Below are positions 28,347 through 38,400 of a stretch of DNA of 64,000 nucleotides, piece by piece (position 1 is the stretch's first letter; every line of letters begins with the position of its first letter). The DNA lies in the NCBI GenBank assembly GCA_000002435.2, contig CM018793.1. The stretch is one strand, 5' to 3'. The notes beneath the pieces are model-generated. The model saw only the letters and a list, made by a program, of their open reading frames with translations. It did no database searches and was not told the origin of the DNA. This DNA comes from Giardia intestinalis. Its lineage: Eukaryota. Both the position numbers and the translations under genes were made by a program.

Positions 28347-29240
28347 CTAGCTGAAGTCTAGCCCCCAACCTTCAGAAGCAGGAGCATAATAGTCGCGGAG
28401 TGCAGGAAAGCTGTAGAGATCACTGGCGGAAAAACGCTTGGCAGGATTGGACGCCAGCATGAAATTCAGTATTGTGTTAAGCTGAGTACTATATCCCGCT
28501 GATGTGATGTCGATGGACTCTATAGACGAGATGGCTTCACGCTGCTTCTCCGGGTCGGTTTCCTTGCACAGCGGCCGCTGCATGCACATTGCGTAGATGG
28601 TTGCTCCAAGGGCCCAGATGTCACTTTTGTCGCTATACTGTTCCATCTTGAGGACCTCTGGCGAACAGTAGCCCAGCGTCCCAAAGATGGTGGAGTTGAT
28701 GGTTGTCTTGTCGAGAAGACGAAACGAAGCAGAGTCCACGAGTTTGCAGTACCCGTCTGCAGCGAGGAATATGTTCGCTGGCTTGATGTCCCGGTGAACC
28801 ATGCGGCCCATGTGCGAAGCCCCAGATTTGAAGGGCGTGTGATAATAACAAAGTGCTGCCATCATATGCGCCAAGACGCGCCACACAACTGACTCGGGGA
28901 TATACTTCTTATGACTGTGGTAAAAGACTATAATGTCGGCAAGGCAGCATCGCTCGTGATAGTCCATCACAAGGTAGGCCTTGTTTTCTTGCGAATCATA
29001 GAAGACATCATGGTAGCGCACAAGGTTCTGGTGCACCATAGAAGTAAGGTTCTCCAGATCAGAGTAGCTTGAAGGCTTGTACCGCTCAGGAGCTCGCTGC
29101 ATGTCAATCACCTTTAAGGCCCTTTGCTGGTCCCCCGCAAGTGTCCGGACCAGATAAACATTCCCAAATGTGCCTTCCCCAATTAGCATCTTGTCATCAA
29201 TTTCGGTGTAGGCTTTGGCATAGTCCGTGAGCTCCTTCAT
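28347..29240 (-). CDS. Ser/Thr protein kinase, NEK-like (297 aa)
   Basis: GEGTFGNV, ALKV, HRDIKPANIFL, D-S-A in place of DFG, SPE and DIWALG. Confidence 0.85.
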   Translation of the reverse strand: MKELTDYAKAYTEIDDKMLIGEGTFGNVYLVRTLAGDQQRALKVIDMQRAPERYKPSSYSDLENLTSMVHQNLVRYHDVFYDSQENKAYLVMDYHERCCLADIIVFYHSHKKYIPESVVWRVLAHMMAALCYYHTPFKSGASHMGRMVHRDIKPANIFLAADGYCKLVDSASFRLLDKTTINSTIFGTLGYCSPEVLKMEQYSDKSDIWALGATIYAMCMQRPLCKETDPEKQREAISSIESIDITSAGYSTQLNTILNFMLASNPAKRFSASDLYSFPALRDYYAPASEGWGLDFS

Positions 29241-29242
29241 GA

Positions 29243-31252
29243 TTGTCCGTTTTATATTTTTATTGTGGAAGTCAAAAAACGAAAAGCAAAAAAATCGTGC
29301 ACCGTATGTCTTCTAATCCTTTAATAGAGGCCAGAGACGCGCTTCATCGGGCCGCGGTCTTGGAACGGGAGAACGTGACCCTACGCGACGAAATTTATAG
29401 ACTGGAGAAGGTCAATCGGAACCTCATGGATCACTCGGCACAGCTTTCCCAGCAAAGCCGCTCTGACGTTCGCTATCACTCCCTTGAGACGGATTTGGCA
29501 GAAGCGAAGGACAAAATCATCAATCTGGAAGCAGAGAACACCAATCTGGTTGACGAGAAATTGCAGCTAAGACAGCAGCTGGCCCTGCTTACCGCGGATA
29601 ATGAGATACTTTCTCAGGACATCATTACTCTTTCTGCGCTTGTCAGCGAACTTGGTGGGACTCCGGGACTCTCCGCGCCGGGAATCACTTCTGTGGAAGC
29701 AGAGCCTCACACGGCCGTCTTTCAACCGTGCTCTCCAGACAATCCTTTGCCAACAGCGCCGGCAGTGAAGGCACCCCAGCTAGAGAACGAGGCTGTTGAC
29801 TTTTTCTTGCCCGAAAATCGCTTGCGCTCAGACCTTGCAGCTCCTTCGTTTTGCGAATCTAATTTTAACCGCCTGCTTGCTCTTGTCGATAGTTTGAAAA
29901 AGGATTTATTTGAGATAAGTTCCTATTGTCCTAACATAAGCAAGTTAAAGGAAATTCTTACCAATACCTCTAACGAGGAGAAGTCAAAAGCCTCCTCTGA
30001 GCTCGTTGACTCTCTAACCAGGAAAGTAGGTGACCTGGAGAATAAGCTGTGTGTCTCCGAATCGCGGGTGACGGAACTTGAGGTACTTCTTGCCGACTAT
30101 GAGAGACAGGAGGCAGCTTATGTTAGTATGGCGTCCGAGATCGAGGACACCAGGAAGACTCTTGCCGCTGCCGAAGCCAAGCTCTCTAACTATGAGGCAA
30201 TCCAGGCAGAGTGTGCCGCGCTTAGAGAGAAGGTCGCGAGCCTTGAGCAATCTCTCACTGAAAATCTCGATGCGTACAAGAACCTTGATAATGAATATCA
30301 GCTGACAACGGAGCGACTTCAGGCTATTACAGAAATTGCTGAGCGGTCAACTATGTTAGAGGAAGCGCTTCGGGACTCCGAGACAAAAGGCAGCAGAACG
30401 GCCCAGCTACTTGAACTCGCTCAGGAGGAGCTTGCCCGATACCAGTCTGGGGAGAAACGCACTCTAGATTCGGCCGAGGCAGAGATAGAAACCCTAAAGG
30501 CATCCCTGGCTGCAAAAGCCTCCCAACTGAAGGATGTGATGGAGCAGTTTGAGGGACTAATGGAGCTGAAGAAGAAACAAGACGTCAAGCTCAATGAAGT
30601 CTATGAGCTGCGCAAGCGCTTTGACTATATGCGCGAGCGGTTTGAGCCTATGCAAAAGGAGGTGGAAAAGCTCCGAAACAAAGAAAGGGAGTACAGTAGG
30701 ATTCTCTCACACTTGGATAATGGCACTAATAAGCATGACGAACGGTTCAAAGAGATCGAGGCCAGGTACAAGCAAGAAATAGCCCGTAAAGACAATCTAA
30801 TATCTACCCTCAAAGAGGAAAAGCTTAAGCTTAATGAAGAGATCATTGTTCTGCGTACCTCTATACACGTTAGGGACGAAGATGGTCGCCGCACCCGCTT
30901 GAATCTCCTCGGTGCTAGTCAGATTTCCGCAAATGCTCAGAGACTCATTGACCAAACCAACACCGGGAATCCCCCAGAAACCACAGGGGGCTCAGCAATG
31001 ATTGACAAGTCGGGAATAACTATGAATGATCTGGCCTTACAGCAACCAGCGCTGAGTGCGGGATCCGTGGTCTCTTCAGCGGGGCCATCCAGACAGATCA
31101 CCCAGAGAAGTGGGATTCTCTCCAGCTCTGCTGTGGGCTCTGTTCATCCTATGTTGCGAAGCTCCACGATAATTGGTAGCCGAGGATATGTAGGATCTGC
31201 TGCACTTAGTGGGATTGCTCGGGCACCTAGTATGAATACTCACCCGGAGTAG
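29243..31252 (+). CDS. Coiled-coil protein (669 aa; probable start at 29306, MSSNPLIEARD); paralog of 33967..35385
   Basis: Heptad-rich sequence. Shares blocks with the downstream paralog (EKVNRNLMDHSAQ vs ETVNSNLMTFTAQ; RVTELEVLLADYE vs RITELEVLLAGAE; KEREYSRILSHLD vs KEKEYSNILSSVD). Confidence 0.7.
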   Translation: MSVLYFYCGSQKTKSKKIVHRMSSNPLIEARDALHRAAVLERENVTLRDEIYRLEKVNRNLMDHSAQLSQQSRSDVRYHSLETDLAEAKDKIINLEAENTNLVDEKLQLRQQLALLTADNEILSQDIITLSALVSELGGTPGLSAPGITSVEAEPHTAVFQPCSPDNPLPTAPAVKAPQLENEAVDFFLPENRLRSDLAAPSFCESNFNRLLALVDSLKKDLFEISSYCPNISKLKEILTNTSNEEKSKASSELVDSLTRKVGDLENKLCVSESRVTELEVLLADYERQEAAYVSMASEIEDTRKTLAAAEAKLSNYEAIQAECAALREKVASLEQSLTENLDAYKNLDNEYQLTTERLQAITEIAERSTMLEEALRDSETKGSRTAQLLELAQEELARYQSGEKRTLDSAEAEIETLKASLAAKASQLKDVMEQFEGLMELKKKQDVKLNEVYELRKRFDYMRERFEPMQKEVEKLRNKEREYSRILSHLDNGTNKHDERFKEIEARYKQEIARKDNLISTLKEEKLKLNEEIIVLRTSIHVRDEDGRRTRLNLLGASQISANAQRLIDQTNTGNPPETTGGSAMIDKSGITMNDLALQQPALSAGSVVSSAGPSRQITQRSGILSSSAVGSVHPMLRSSTIIGSRGYVGSAALSGIARAPSMNTHPE

Positions 31253-31310
31253 AGCAATCCAGAGTAGAGTGGGGCGGTGTATTCTGCAGACATTATAATG
31301 AGTGAACGCG

Positions 31311-33785
31311 TCAGATGAAGATAACGTCGTCACCGTTCCTGACGATCAGCCCCTGGCTTACAAGTGTGTCCAATGCCGTGTTGAGCAACTCTGAAGATAC
31401 CGACTCCCCCGTCGAGATCTGGTCTGTCGAAAGTCCTCTGTTCATATTGGCTAGAAGCTCCAGAACAGTCACAGTCAATTGTTCTTCATTCTCCACTGAT
31501 TGTAGCTCGGCTATCCGCTGGCTCTTATACCTTATAATGGCCCTACAAAGCATATCCAAGCTAGCCGCCTCGCTAGTGCCCCCTGTCTCAGCAAAGATAT
31601 CCATGTTGATAAACCCACTTTGATCGGTCATCGCGAGATGCATGGCCCTTGTCATGAGACGTGAAACCTCTAAAATATCGTTTGCTGTTACGAAATTAGA
31701 GAAGCGAATGCGTGCACGTGCTTCTGCAAGACGTATAAGGCTCATAAGCTGCCGGGGCGTGGCGGTGATGCGTCCTGACGCAGAGTACGACCCGCTTCTC
31801 AACTGGTTGTACGACAGTAGAAGCGCATCTTGCGCCGACTTAGAAAGCACCGGAGATAGCTTTTGCGCAAAGTAGATGTATTGACGAAGGACCTGCGGGT
31901 CCCATGCATCAGGCGTAGCGGCAGCGGTGTTCTTGCTGGATAGGTGTCCGGAATGCTCTGCTTGCCCTGAGCTTATGTACATGCTTACAAGCCAACTAGC
32001 AAGCGCGCGATCGGCCTCTGTGTCGTGTCGATTGTCGAGAAGGAGATAAATGAGGTCAAACCTGCTCAACAGTGATGGGGGAAGATTTAGGTTTTGTACG
32101 ACTGTACGCTTTGGATTGTAGCAAGAGTCGATGGGATTGGCTGCAGCTAGAATAGATGTTTTGGCTGAAAGGGTAGCCAGTATCCCTGCCTTCGCAATGG
32201 AAAGTTGACCATGCTCCATTACCTCATGCAGCGAGGAGCGTACATCTTCAGAAGACTTGTCAAATTCATCAAGACAGCATATTCCGCCATCGGAGAGTAA
32301 AAGGGCGCCTGGATCCAAGTAGAACTCGTGCGTTTCAGGGTGCCGGGACACAGTTGCTGTCAGTCCAGCTTGCGAAGAACCTTTACCGCTAGTATAGACC
32401 GAACGCGGTGAAATCTTGGCTACATATTGCAACAGCTTTGACTTGGCCAGGCCGGGGTCTCCAACCAACAGAACATGTATTTGGCCTCTATATGAATCCT
32501 TCTGTACGCCTCCAAAACATTGGAGAAGAAGCCCAGTTTTGATATCAGAGTAAGCTGGCCCAAAAATGCTGGGAGCAATTGAATTGATAAGCTTCAAGAA
32601 GCGCTTGTCGCTTCCAGAATCTGTTTCTGGGATCATATCTGGGAATAAACGTGTCACGTGATTATAGTACTCAGCGTAGGACGTATTTGGATCGAGAGAT
32701 TTTAGTCTTTCGTAATCAGTTACGTCACTATCTTTCTTGGCACTTAGATAGCTATCTGTTGCAGCTGAGTCAGAGATAAATATGGATAGCAACTCTATGA
32801 CAGGTCTAAGCGCCGCGTTACACACTGCCTGAGACTGCTTCGGGCGTGTCTGTCGGAGGCGGTAAATCCCAACGACAACAACGCGGTCTCCAGGCCTAAT
32901 TCCACTTAAATCAAGATCGTAGGCGACAAAGCTGCAGGAGATTGGCGGTGTGCCCGATGTCAACTGATCTGGGGCCTCCTGTATCTTGATGACCCGTTTA
33001 TCAATAAAGGTGCACATATTGTGAACGATTTCAATGCTCTGGAGACTGTCGCAGTTAGTGCATTGTATTGGCGATATTATCTTCCCACGCTTGACACTGG
33101 CCTTCTTCACGTCCTTGCAAACAGTGCACTGGAAGCACGCCTCTACCATCTCCGGAACCCTCGAGGAGATGTTGCTAACCATCCCACTGACGGAGATCAG
33201 ACTGTCTGCATGCATGGGTCCTAGGGTTCGGAGGGACTGGCTATCGTCTTCGGGGAAGTTGACAGGGTAACAGCGAAGGTGCAAGTTGTTAGCGACTCTC
33301 GAGTAGTAACTGATTGCATTCTTGTACTGAGTGCTACTGAGGAAGACGTCTCTGGAAATATTGGGGTTTTCATCCCAGAGCCTCTTCAAATGCTCGTCAC
33401 GCATTTGCACGACAATGGAGAGCGCGACCTGGTGGAGAACTAGGTCGAAGACTTGAAACACGTCCGGAGTTGTTAGTAAGGTGGTGTAGAGCATCCGATG
33501 AGAGTCGTCAGGGCTATTGTGAAGGGTAAGTAAATCGATATCAACGCAGCTTTTCCCGCGCTCGATACGATCCTTTATGGAGGCAATAAGTTCATCTGAA
33601 GATAAAAATGAATGCATCGCCCGCTGCAGCGCAGAAAGGTCGCCCGTAAAGCCCTCTTGCAGCTCTCTTAAGTTCCTGTTGGTGGGGCGTACTGGGTCTA
33701 TGTGAGACATCATTGAAGCAGACATGTGATTCTGTGCGGAGGGTCCAAGAATAGGAGGATGAGTGGGGATCCTATCGGGTTCCAT
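31311..33785 (-). CDS. MCM-family replicative helicase (MCM2-7/8-like, 824 aa)
   Basis: C4 zinc finger (CFQCTVC...CTNC), Walker A GDPGLAKSKLL, Walker B CLDEFDK, arginine finger SRFDL, and AAANP. Confidence 0.9.
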   Translation of the reverse strand: MEPDRIPTHPPILGPSAQNHMSASMMSHIDPVRPTNRNLRELQEGFTGDLSALQRAMHSFLSSDELIASIKDRIERGKSCVDIDLLTLHNSPDDSHRMLYTTLLTTPDVFQVFDLVLHQVALSIVVQMRDEHLKRLWDENPNISRDVFLSSTQYKNAISYYSRVANNLHLRCYPVNFPEDDSQSLRTLGPMHADSLISVSGMVSNISSRVPEMVEACFQCTVCKDVKKASVKRGKIISPIQCTNCDSLQSIEIVHNMCTFIDKRVIKIQEAPDQLTSGTPPISCSFVAYDLDLSGIRPGDRVVVVGIYRLRQTRPKQSQAVCNAALRPVIELLSIFISDSAATDSYLSAKKDSDVTDYERLKSLDPNTSYAEYYNHVTRLFPDMIPETDSGSDKRFLKLINSIAPSIFGPAYSDIKTGLLLQCFGGVQKDSYRGQIHVLLVGDPGLAKSKLLQYVAKISPRSVYTSGKGSSQAGLTATVSRHPETHEFYLDPGALLLSDGGICCLDEFDKSSEDVRSSLHEVMEHGQLSIAKAGILATLSAKTSILAAANPIDSCYNPKRTVVQNLNLPPSLLSRFDLIYLLLDNRHDTEADRALASWLVSMYISSGQAEHSGHLSSKNTAAATPDAWDPQVLRQYIYFAQKLSPVLSKSAQDALLLSYNQLRSGSYSASGRITATPRQLMSLIRLAEARARIRFSNFVTANDILEVSRLMTRAMHLAMTDQSGFINMDIFAETGGTSEAASLDMLCRAIIRYKSQRIAELQSVENEEQLTVTVLELLANMNRGLSTDQISTGESVSSELLNTALDTLVSQGLIVRNGDDVIFI

Positions 33786-33966
33786 TTAACTGGGTAAGGT
33801 GCCAATTAGAATTATTAAGATCCTATCTATCTGTATCTCCTCGCTGCTCTCCCTTGCATGATAGTTGGCGGCCTCTCAGGTTCTCTCTTAGTCCCAGTAA
33901 GAGCTTGTTCTCACTGTTTGCTGGTCACCTAAATTTACACAAAGTCTCCAGCTCGCCTACAAGGAC

Positions 33967-35385
33967 TTGCTTGGTTGGCTCAGTCACTGCAGAGCCTCAC
34001 AGCACCCATGTGTATGCCTTAGTACCCATGGCCCTTGTGGTCTAGTTGCGCTGCAAATTTCAGATTGCAGAAGCAAGAAAAAAATGGATGCTAAGCGCCT
34101 GCAACAGGAGCTTTCCGGGGCCAAAACAGAAATTTCTCTTTTGAAACAGGAGTTGCAAGCAGCAAAAGATGAGATAGATCGCCTGGAAACGGTGAACTCT
34201 AACCTTATGACCTTTACGGCCCAGGCGTCAACAAAGTCTGCAGACGATGGCCCTCGTCTGACAGAACTGGAGCTACAGATTTCCGAGTTGAAAACACAAA
34301 AGGACACGGCAGAAAGTGACCTATCTAGGGTCACGGCTACCAATCTGGCGCTCCAATCGGAACTGCAGGCTTATCGACTTGATAATGAAAGCCTGCGGCG
34401 CGATGTCATTGAATTTAAACAACAGCTTAGCGCATTAGCGTCGCAAGGAGTAGGAGCAGCACAGCCCCATTCAGATGAGGTCATTGGCCTCAGACAGCAG
34501 GTATCTAGGCTTGAGCAAGCCCTAGAAAAGTACAGATTTACGTCCTCTGACCATTCTGCTTGGGAAGAGAGATGCTATCAGGCCGAGTCCCGCATCACTG
34601 AACTAGAGGTCCTTCTAGCCGGGGCAGAGAAGTACGCAAACATGTATCAGGAGACACAGCGTCTTCTTGAGCATGCGCGCGCAGAGTTAGCACGTCAGGC
34701 ATCTAGTACTGGCCAATCACCCCGGGAACTCGAAGATCTATTGTCTGAGTACAAGACAAAGCTCTTAGCTGCAAATGAGCACAACAAACGCATATCAGAG
34801 CAATATGATAAACTTCTGGAAATCAGAAACAAGCAGGACGAGCGGCTGAAAAGGATGGGAGAAGTCCAGCGGCAGAACGATACTCTCGCTATTCAGACTG
34901 ATATTCTAAATGCAGAGCTAACAAAGCTTAGACTCAAGGAGAAGGAATATAGCAACATCCTTTCATCTGTCGACTCCCACAATCTGCGAAACGATGAACG
35001 GCTTAGGGAGCTTGAACAAAGGCACCGCCTGGAATTGAGCCGCTGCGAAGAGGTGATTGCTGGCCTTCGAGAGGACAAGTCGCGTCTTGTTGAACAGATT
35101 CAGGCGCAGAGAGCAGATTTCCACATCTTTACACCAGAACGGCAGTCGCTCCCACGTGGCGGAGATAGTGGCAATTTTGATCCTCCTACCAAAGCCTCAC
35201 GCCCTATGTCTGCTCAGCTGTATCAGATGAGTGCAAGAAGTCCAAATTTAACTGGTTATCACGATGGTCCTGTGGATCAGCATGCTCTAAACGCTTCGCG
35301 GCACCGCTCACGGCCCTCGACGGCCCTCAAGGCGACGACGCAGTTACGGCTAGCTTCGCGGACCTTGCGAAACATAATGAGCTAG
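33967..35385 (+). CDS. Coiled-coil protein (472 aa; probable start at 34084, MDAKRLQQEL); paralog of 29243..31252
   Basis: See the paralog entry at 29243..31252. Confidence 0.7.
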   Translation: MLGWLSHCRASQHPCVCLSTHGPCGLVALQISDCRSKKKMDAKRLQQELSGAKTEISLLKQELQAAKDEIDRLETVNSNLMTFTAQASTKSADDGPRLTELELQISELKTQKDTAESDLSRVTATNLALQSELQAYRLDNESLRRDVIEFKQQLSALASQGVGAAQPHSDEVIGLRQQVSRLEQALEKYRFTSSDHSAWEERCYQAESRITELEVLLAGAEKYANMYQETQRLLEHARAELARQASSTGQSPRELEDLLSEYKTKLLAANEHNKRISEQYDKLLEIRNKQDERLKRMGEVQRQNDTLAIQTDILNAELTKLRLKEKEYSNILSSVDSHNLRNDERLRELEQRHRLELSRCEEVIAGLREDKSRLVEQIQAQRADFHIFTPERQSLPRGGDSGNFDPPTKASRPMSAQLYQMSARSPNLTGYHDGPVDQHALNASRHRSRPSTALKATTQLRLASRTLRNIMS

Positions 35386-35466
35386 CGTTCCACATACTGA
35401 AGTGTAAATCGAAGCCTTTTTGCTTCCTGTCGTCCTTCCACGTGGTGGGTGGGGCACTTTAAATAA

Positions 35467-38400
35467 ATGCAACTACACCCTGTATCGGCCTCTCTGTCAG
35501 GTCTCACGCTCTCTGCGTACAGCGAAGATGACATACGGAAACTAGCTACTTGCCGCGTTGTCACGGAGCAAGGACTTGATAATGTCGGCCTTCCTATCCG
35601 GGGAGGTTACTACGATCCAGCAATGGGCCCCCGGCTTTTCTACGATGTTTGTGAGACATGCGGTCTTCGGTGGAAACACTGTCCAGGACACGCAGGATAT
35701 GTTGAACTCCCGGTTTATTGCTACAATCACTTCTTCTTTCGTTATACCTTACAACTATATAAGCTTGTGTGTCATTCTTGCCACAGATTTCTTATAACGG
35801 AGTTGCAGGCGCTAACCATTGAAACAGGCCTACTTTTGTTGGATGCAGGGCTAGTGTGTGATATGCACCAGATCTTTTCCATCCTCAGAGGTACATCGCA
35901 CACTTCCCTTGCATTAACTCTGGCAAAGCTTCGACAGAAGGCGTATGACTATCTCTCACACAGCCGTCCAGTCCAGTATACGTCCTCAATCATAATGCTC
36001 AGAAATCAGCTTCAGACTTTCCTACTACAGCTCAAGCCACCAGCTGCCTGCCCTCACTGTGCATCCCCCTTTACGCAAGCAGTGAAGCGTAGTGCATTCA
36101 ACATTTACCTCATTCCTCCAAAGACTAGGCAACTTCGGTCCTCATCAAGAAAGCAGAAAAAGCAGGTACCAGCAGAGACTAAGCCGGTTGCGCAAGGCCA
36201 GGACTCCACTGAAGATAAGGAAATCTCGAAGCCAGATAAGCAGGTTGTTTTGTCTGATATGCTTTACTGTACGCCCATCATGGTGCTTAGAGAACTCAAT
36301 GCCGCTGTGGCTAAGAATCAACATCTCTTTGACCTTTTATTTGGTGAACCTATCTATCACAGCTCAGAAGCTTCAGCGGACAGGGCCGGTGCGACGACAC
36401 CAAACTACGATCCAGACTATGCCTTCATGCGCTCTGTAGCAATAAAGAATATTATAGGTGATGCTGGTTGTGAGCTGTCCTTCCCTCAATATCGAAAGAA
36501 GTTCCTTCCTAGCACATTGTTTATAAAGACTCTCCTAGTTCCGCCCAATCGCCAGCGCCCCTCACTAATGCTTAATCAAGCGTTCATAGATCATCCAATG
36601 AACACTCACCTGCTTGCGATTCTAACAATTTGCAATACCATAGAGCAGCTCAGGAGCAGTCCTGAGCTTGCTGAGTTTGTTTCAAAGCATGCCCTAGACG
36701 ATATCAACGTGCGTGCAAGCCACGTGCCATCCTCGGTAACCGATGGAATAGACGAGTTAGGAGGCATAGGAATGTTCCGCACAGATAGATATAACTTTGT
36801 CAAGGATCCAGAGCTTCTTGCCAACGGGATGGTAGAGCTATCAACTTCTCAGAAGCCTGTCCCAGAAGCGCTTGTTGAAGCTATGCTTATTCTTCAGCTG
36901 CATGTTTCGCGGTATCTAGACGGAACAGTGCTTTCAAAAACTATCTTCTCCAGCGGAATCAAGCAGTTGCTTGAGAAAAAAGAGGGTCTTTTTCGGATGA
37001 ACATTATGGGAAAGCGTGGGAACTACGCTGGCCGTTCCGTTATTGCTCCTGATGCTAATTTGGACACAGATGAGATAGGCCTGCCTGAGTACTTTGCCAA
37101 GAAGCTCACCTTCCCAGAGCCAATCAACGAGTACAATGTGGAGCTCATGGCTCGACTGATTATCAATGGCCCAACATACCCCGGTGCATCCTTGCTTATT
37201 GATGAAAGTGGGTCTCGCGTGCTTCTTACACAGCTTTCTTATGAGCAGCGAAAGGCTCTTGCACACACCCTACTCGTCGACTTCAGCAGGGAGCCAGTCG
37301 CTCCTACTGTCGAAGAATCAGAAGAAGTCCAGGCCGCCCTTGACACCAATCCGGCGCTGCAGAATATGCGGTCTTACGATCTGCGTGGAATGAAAACATC
37401 CTTTGCAGACACTCTTAAGCCCCCGAAGATTCTGTTACGACATACACTGCCGAATGACTTTGTTATCCTGAACAGGCAGCCCACACTACACAAGCACTCA
37501 ATGATTGCTTTACGCGTTCGCGTCTTACCCAGCAATGCGCAAACTCTTCGGTTTCATTTTGCTTCTTGCAAGGGTCTAAACGCGGACTTTGATGGGGACG
37601 AGTGCTGCGTCCTCAAGCCGCAGACCCATGAGGCGGCCTCAGAGTATGCCAACTTGGTCCACGCCGACGCTCATTTTATCTCTGTTACATCTGGAGAGCC
37701 TATCCGGGGTCTCATTCAAGATCACGTGATCGGGGGTATTTTTCTCTGCTCCATGGGGACGTTCCTCGATTTTGGGTCACTCTGTGAGTATATCATGGTA
37801 GCCACTGGAAGTAATAAGCTTTCAAGCTTCGAGCAGTCATCTTTGCAAAGTCGCTCAAAGGAGCAACTCTTGGGGCTAGACCTGATCTCGAAACAAACGA
37901 CCACAGAAAATGTATTTGGCTCTTTGAGTGACATGAAGTATATGGGTGTGGCAAAGAACAAGACAGTCATGCGTGCAAAGTCCGACGTTAACATTGCATT
38001 AGGCAGAAAATATGGAGCATCCAAGCTGCAATCAGAGAGACCTATCGATGTCGGTAGCTTAGTATCAAGTGCTCAGCCTGTGTCTAGACATCCAGCTTCG
38101 TTCTTCGAGGACTATCCCCTTTCTGACGCAACTTCTGTGCCACAACTCACAGACATGGGCGCATATGACGGGTTTCATACCCACCTTACACCTGCTATTA
38201 AACCATCAGCCAGGTCAGAAGAAGTCAACGCATTTTCAACTTGCAAAGTGACGGTCATTCCAGACCAGCATCTTTTCACCAAAGAGAATGAGGATTTCAT
38301 GTTCGTTCCTCAGCCAGCTATTGTCTATCCTGTTGCACGTTGGACCGGAAAGGCGGTCATCAGCTCAATGCTGCACAAGGTCTCTTGTCAACGAGAACCA

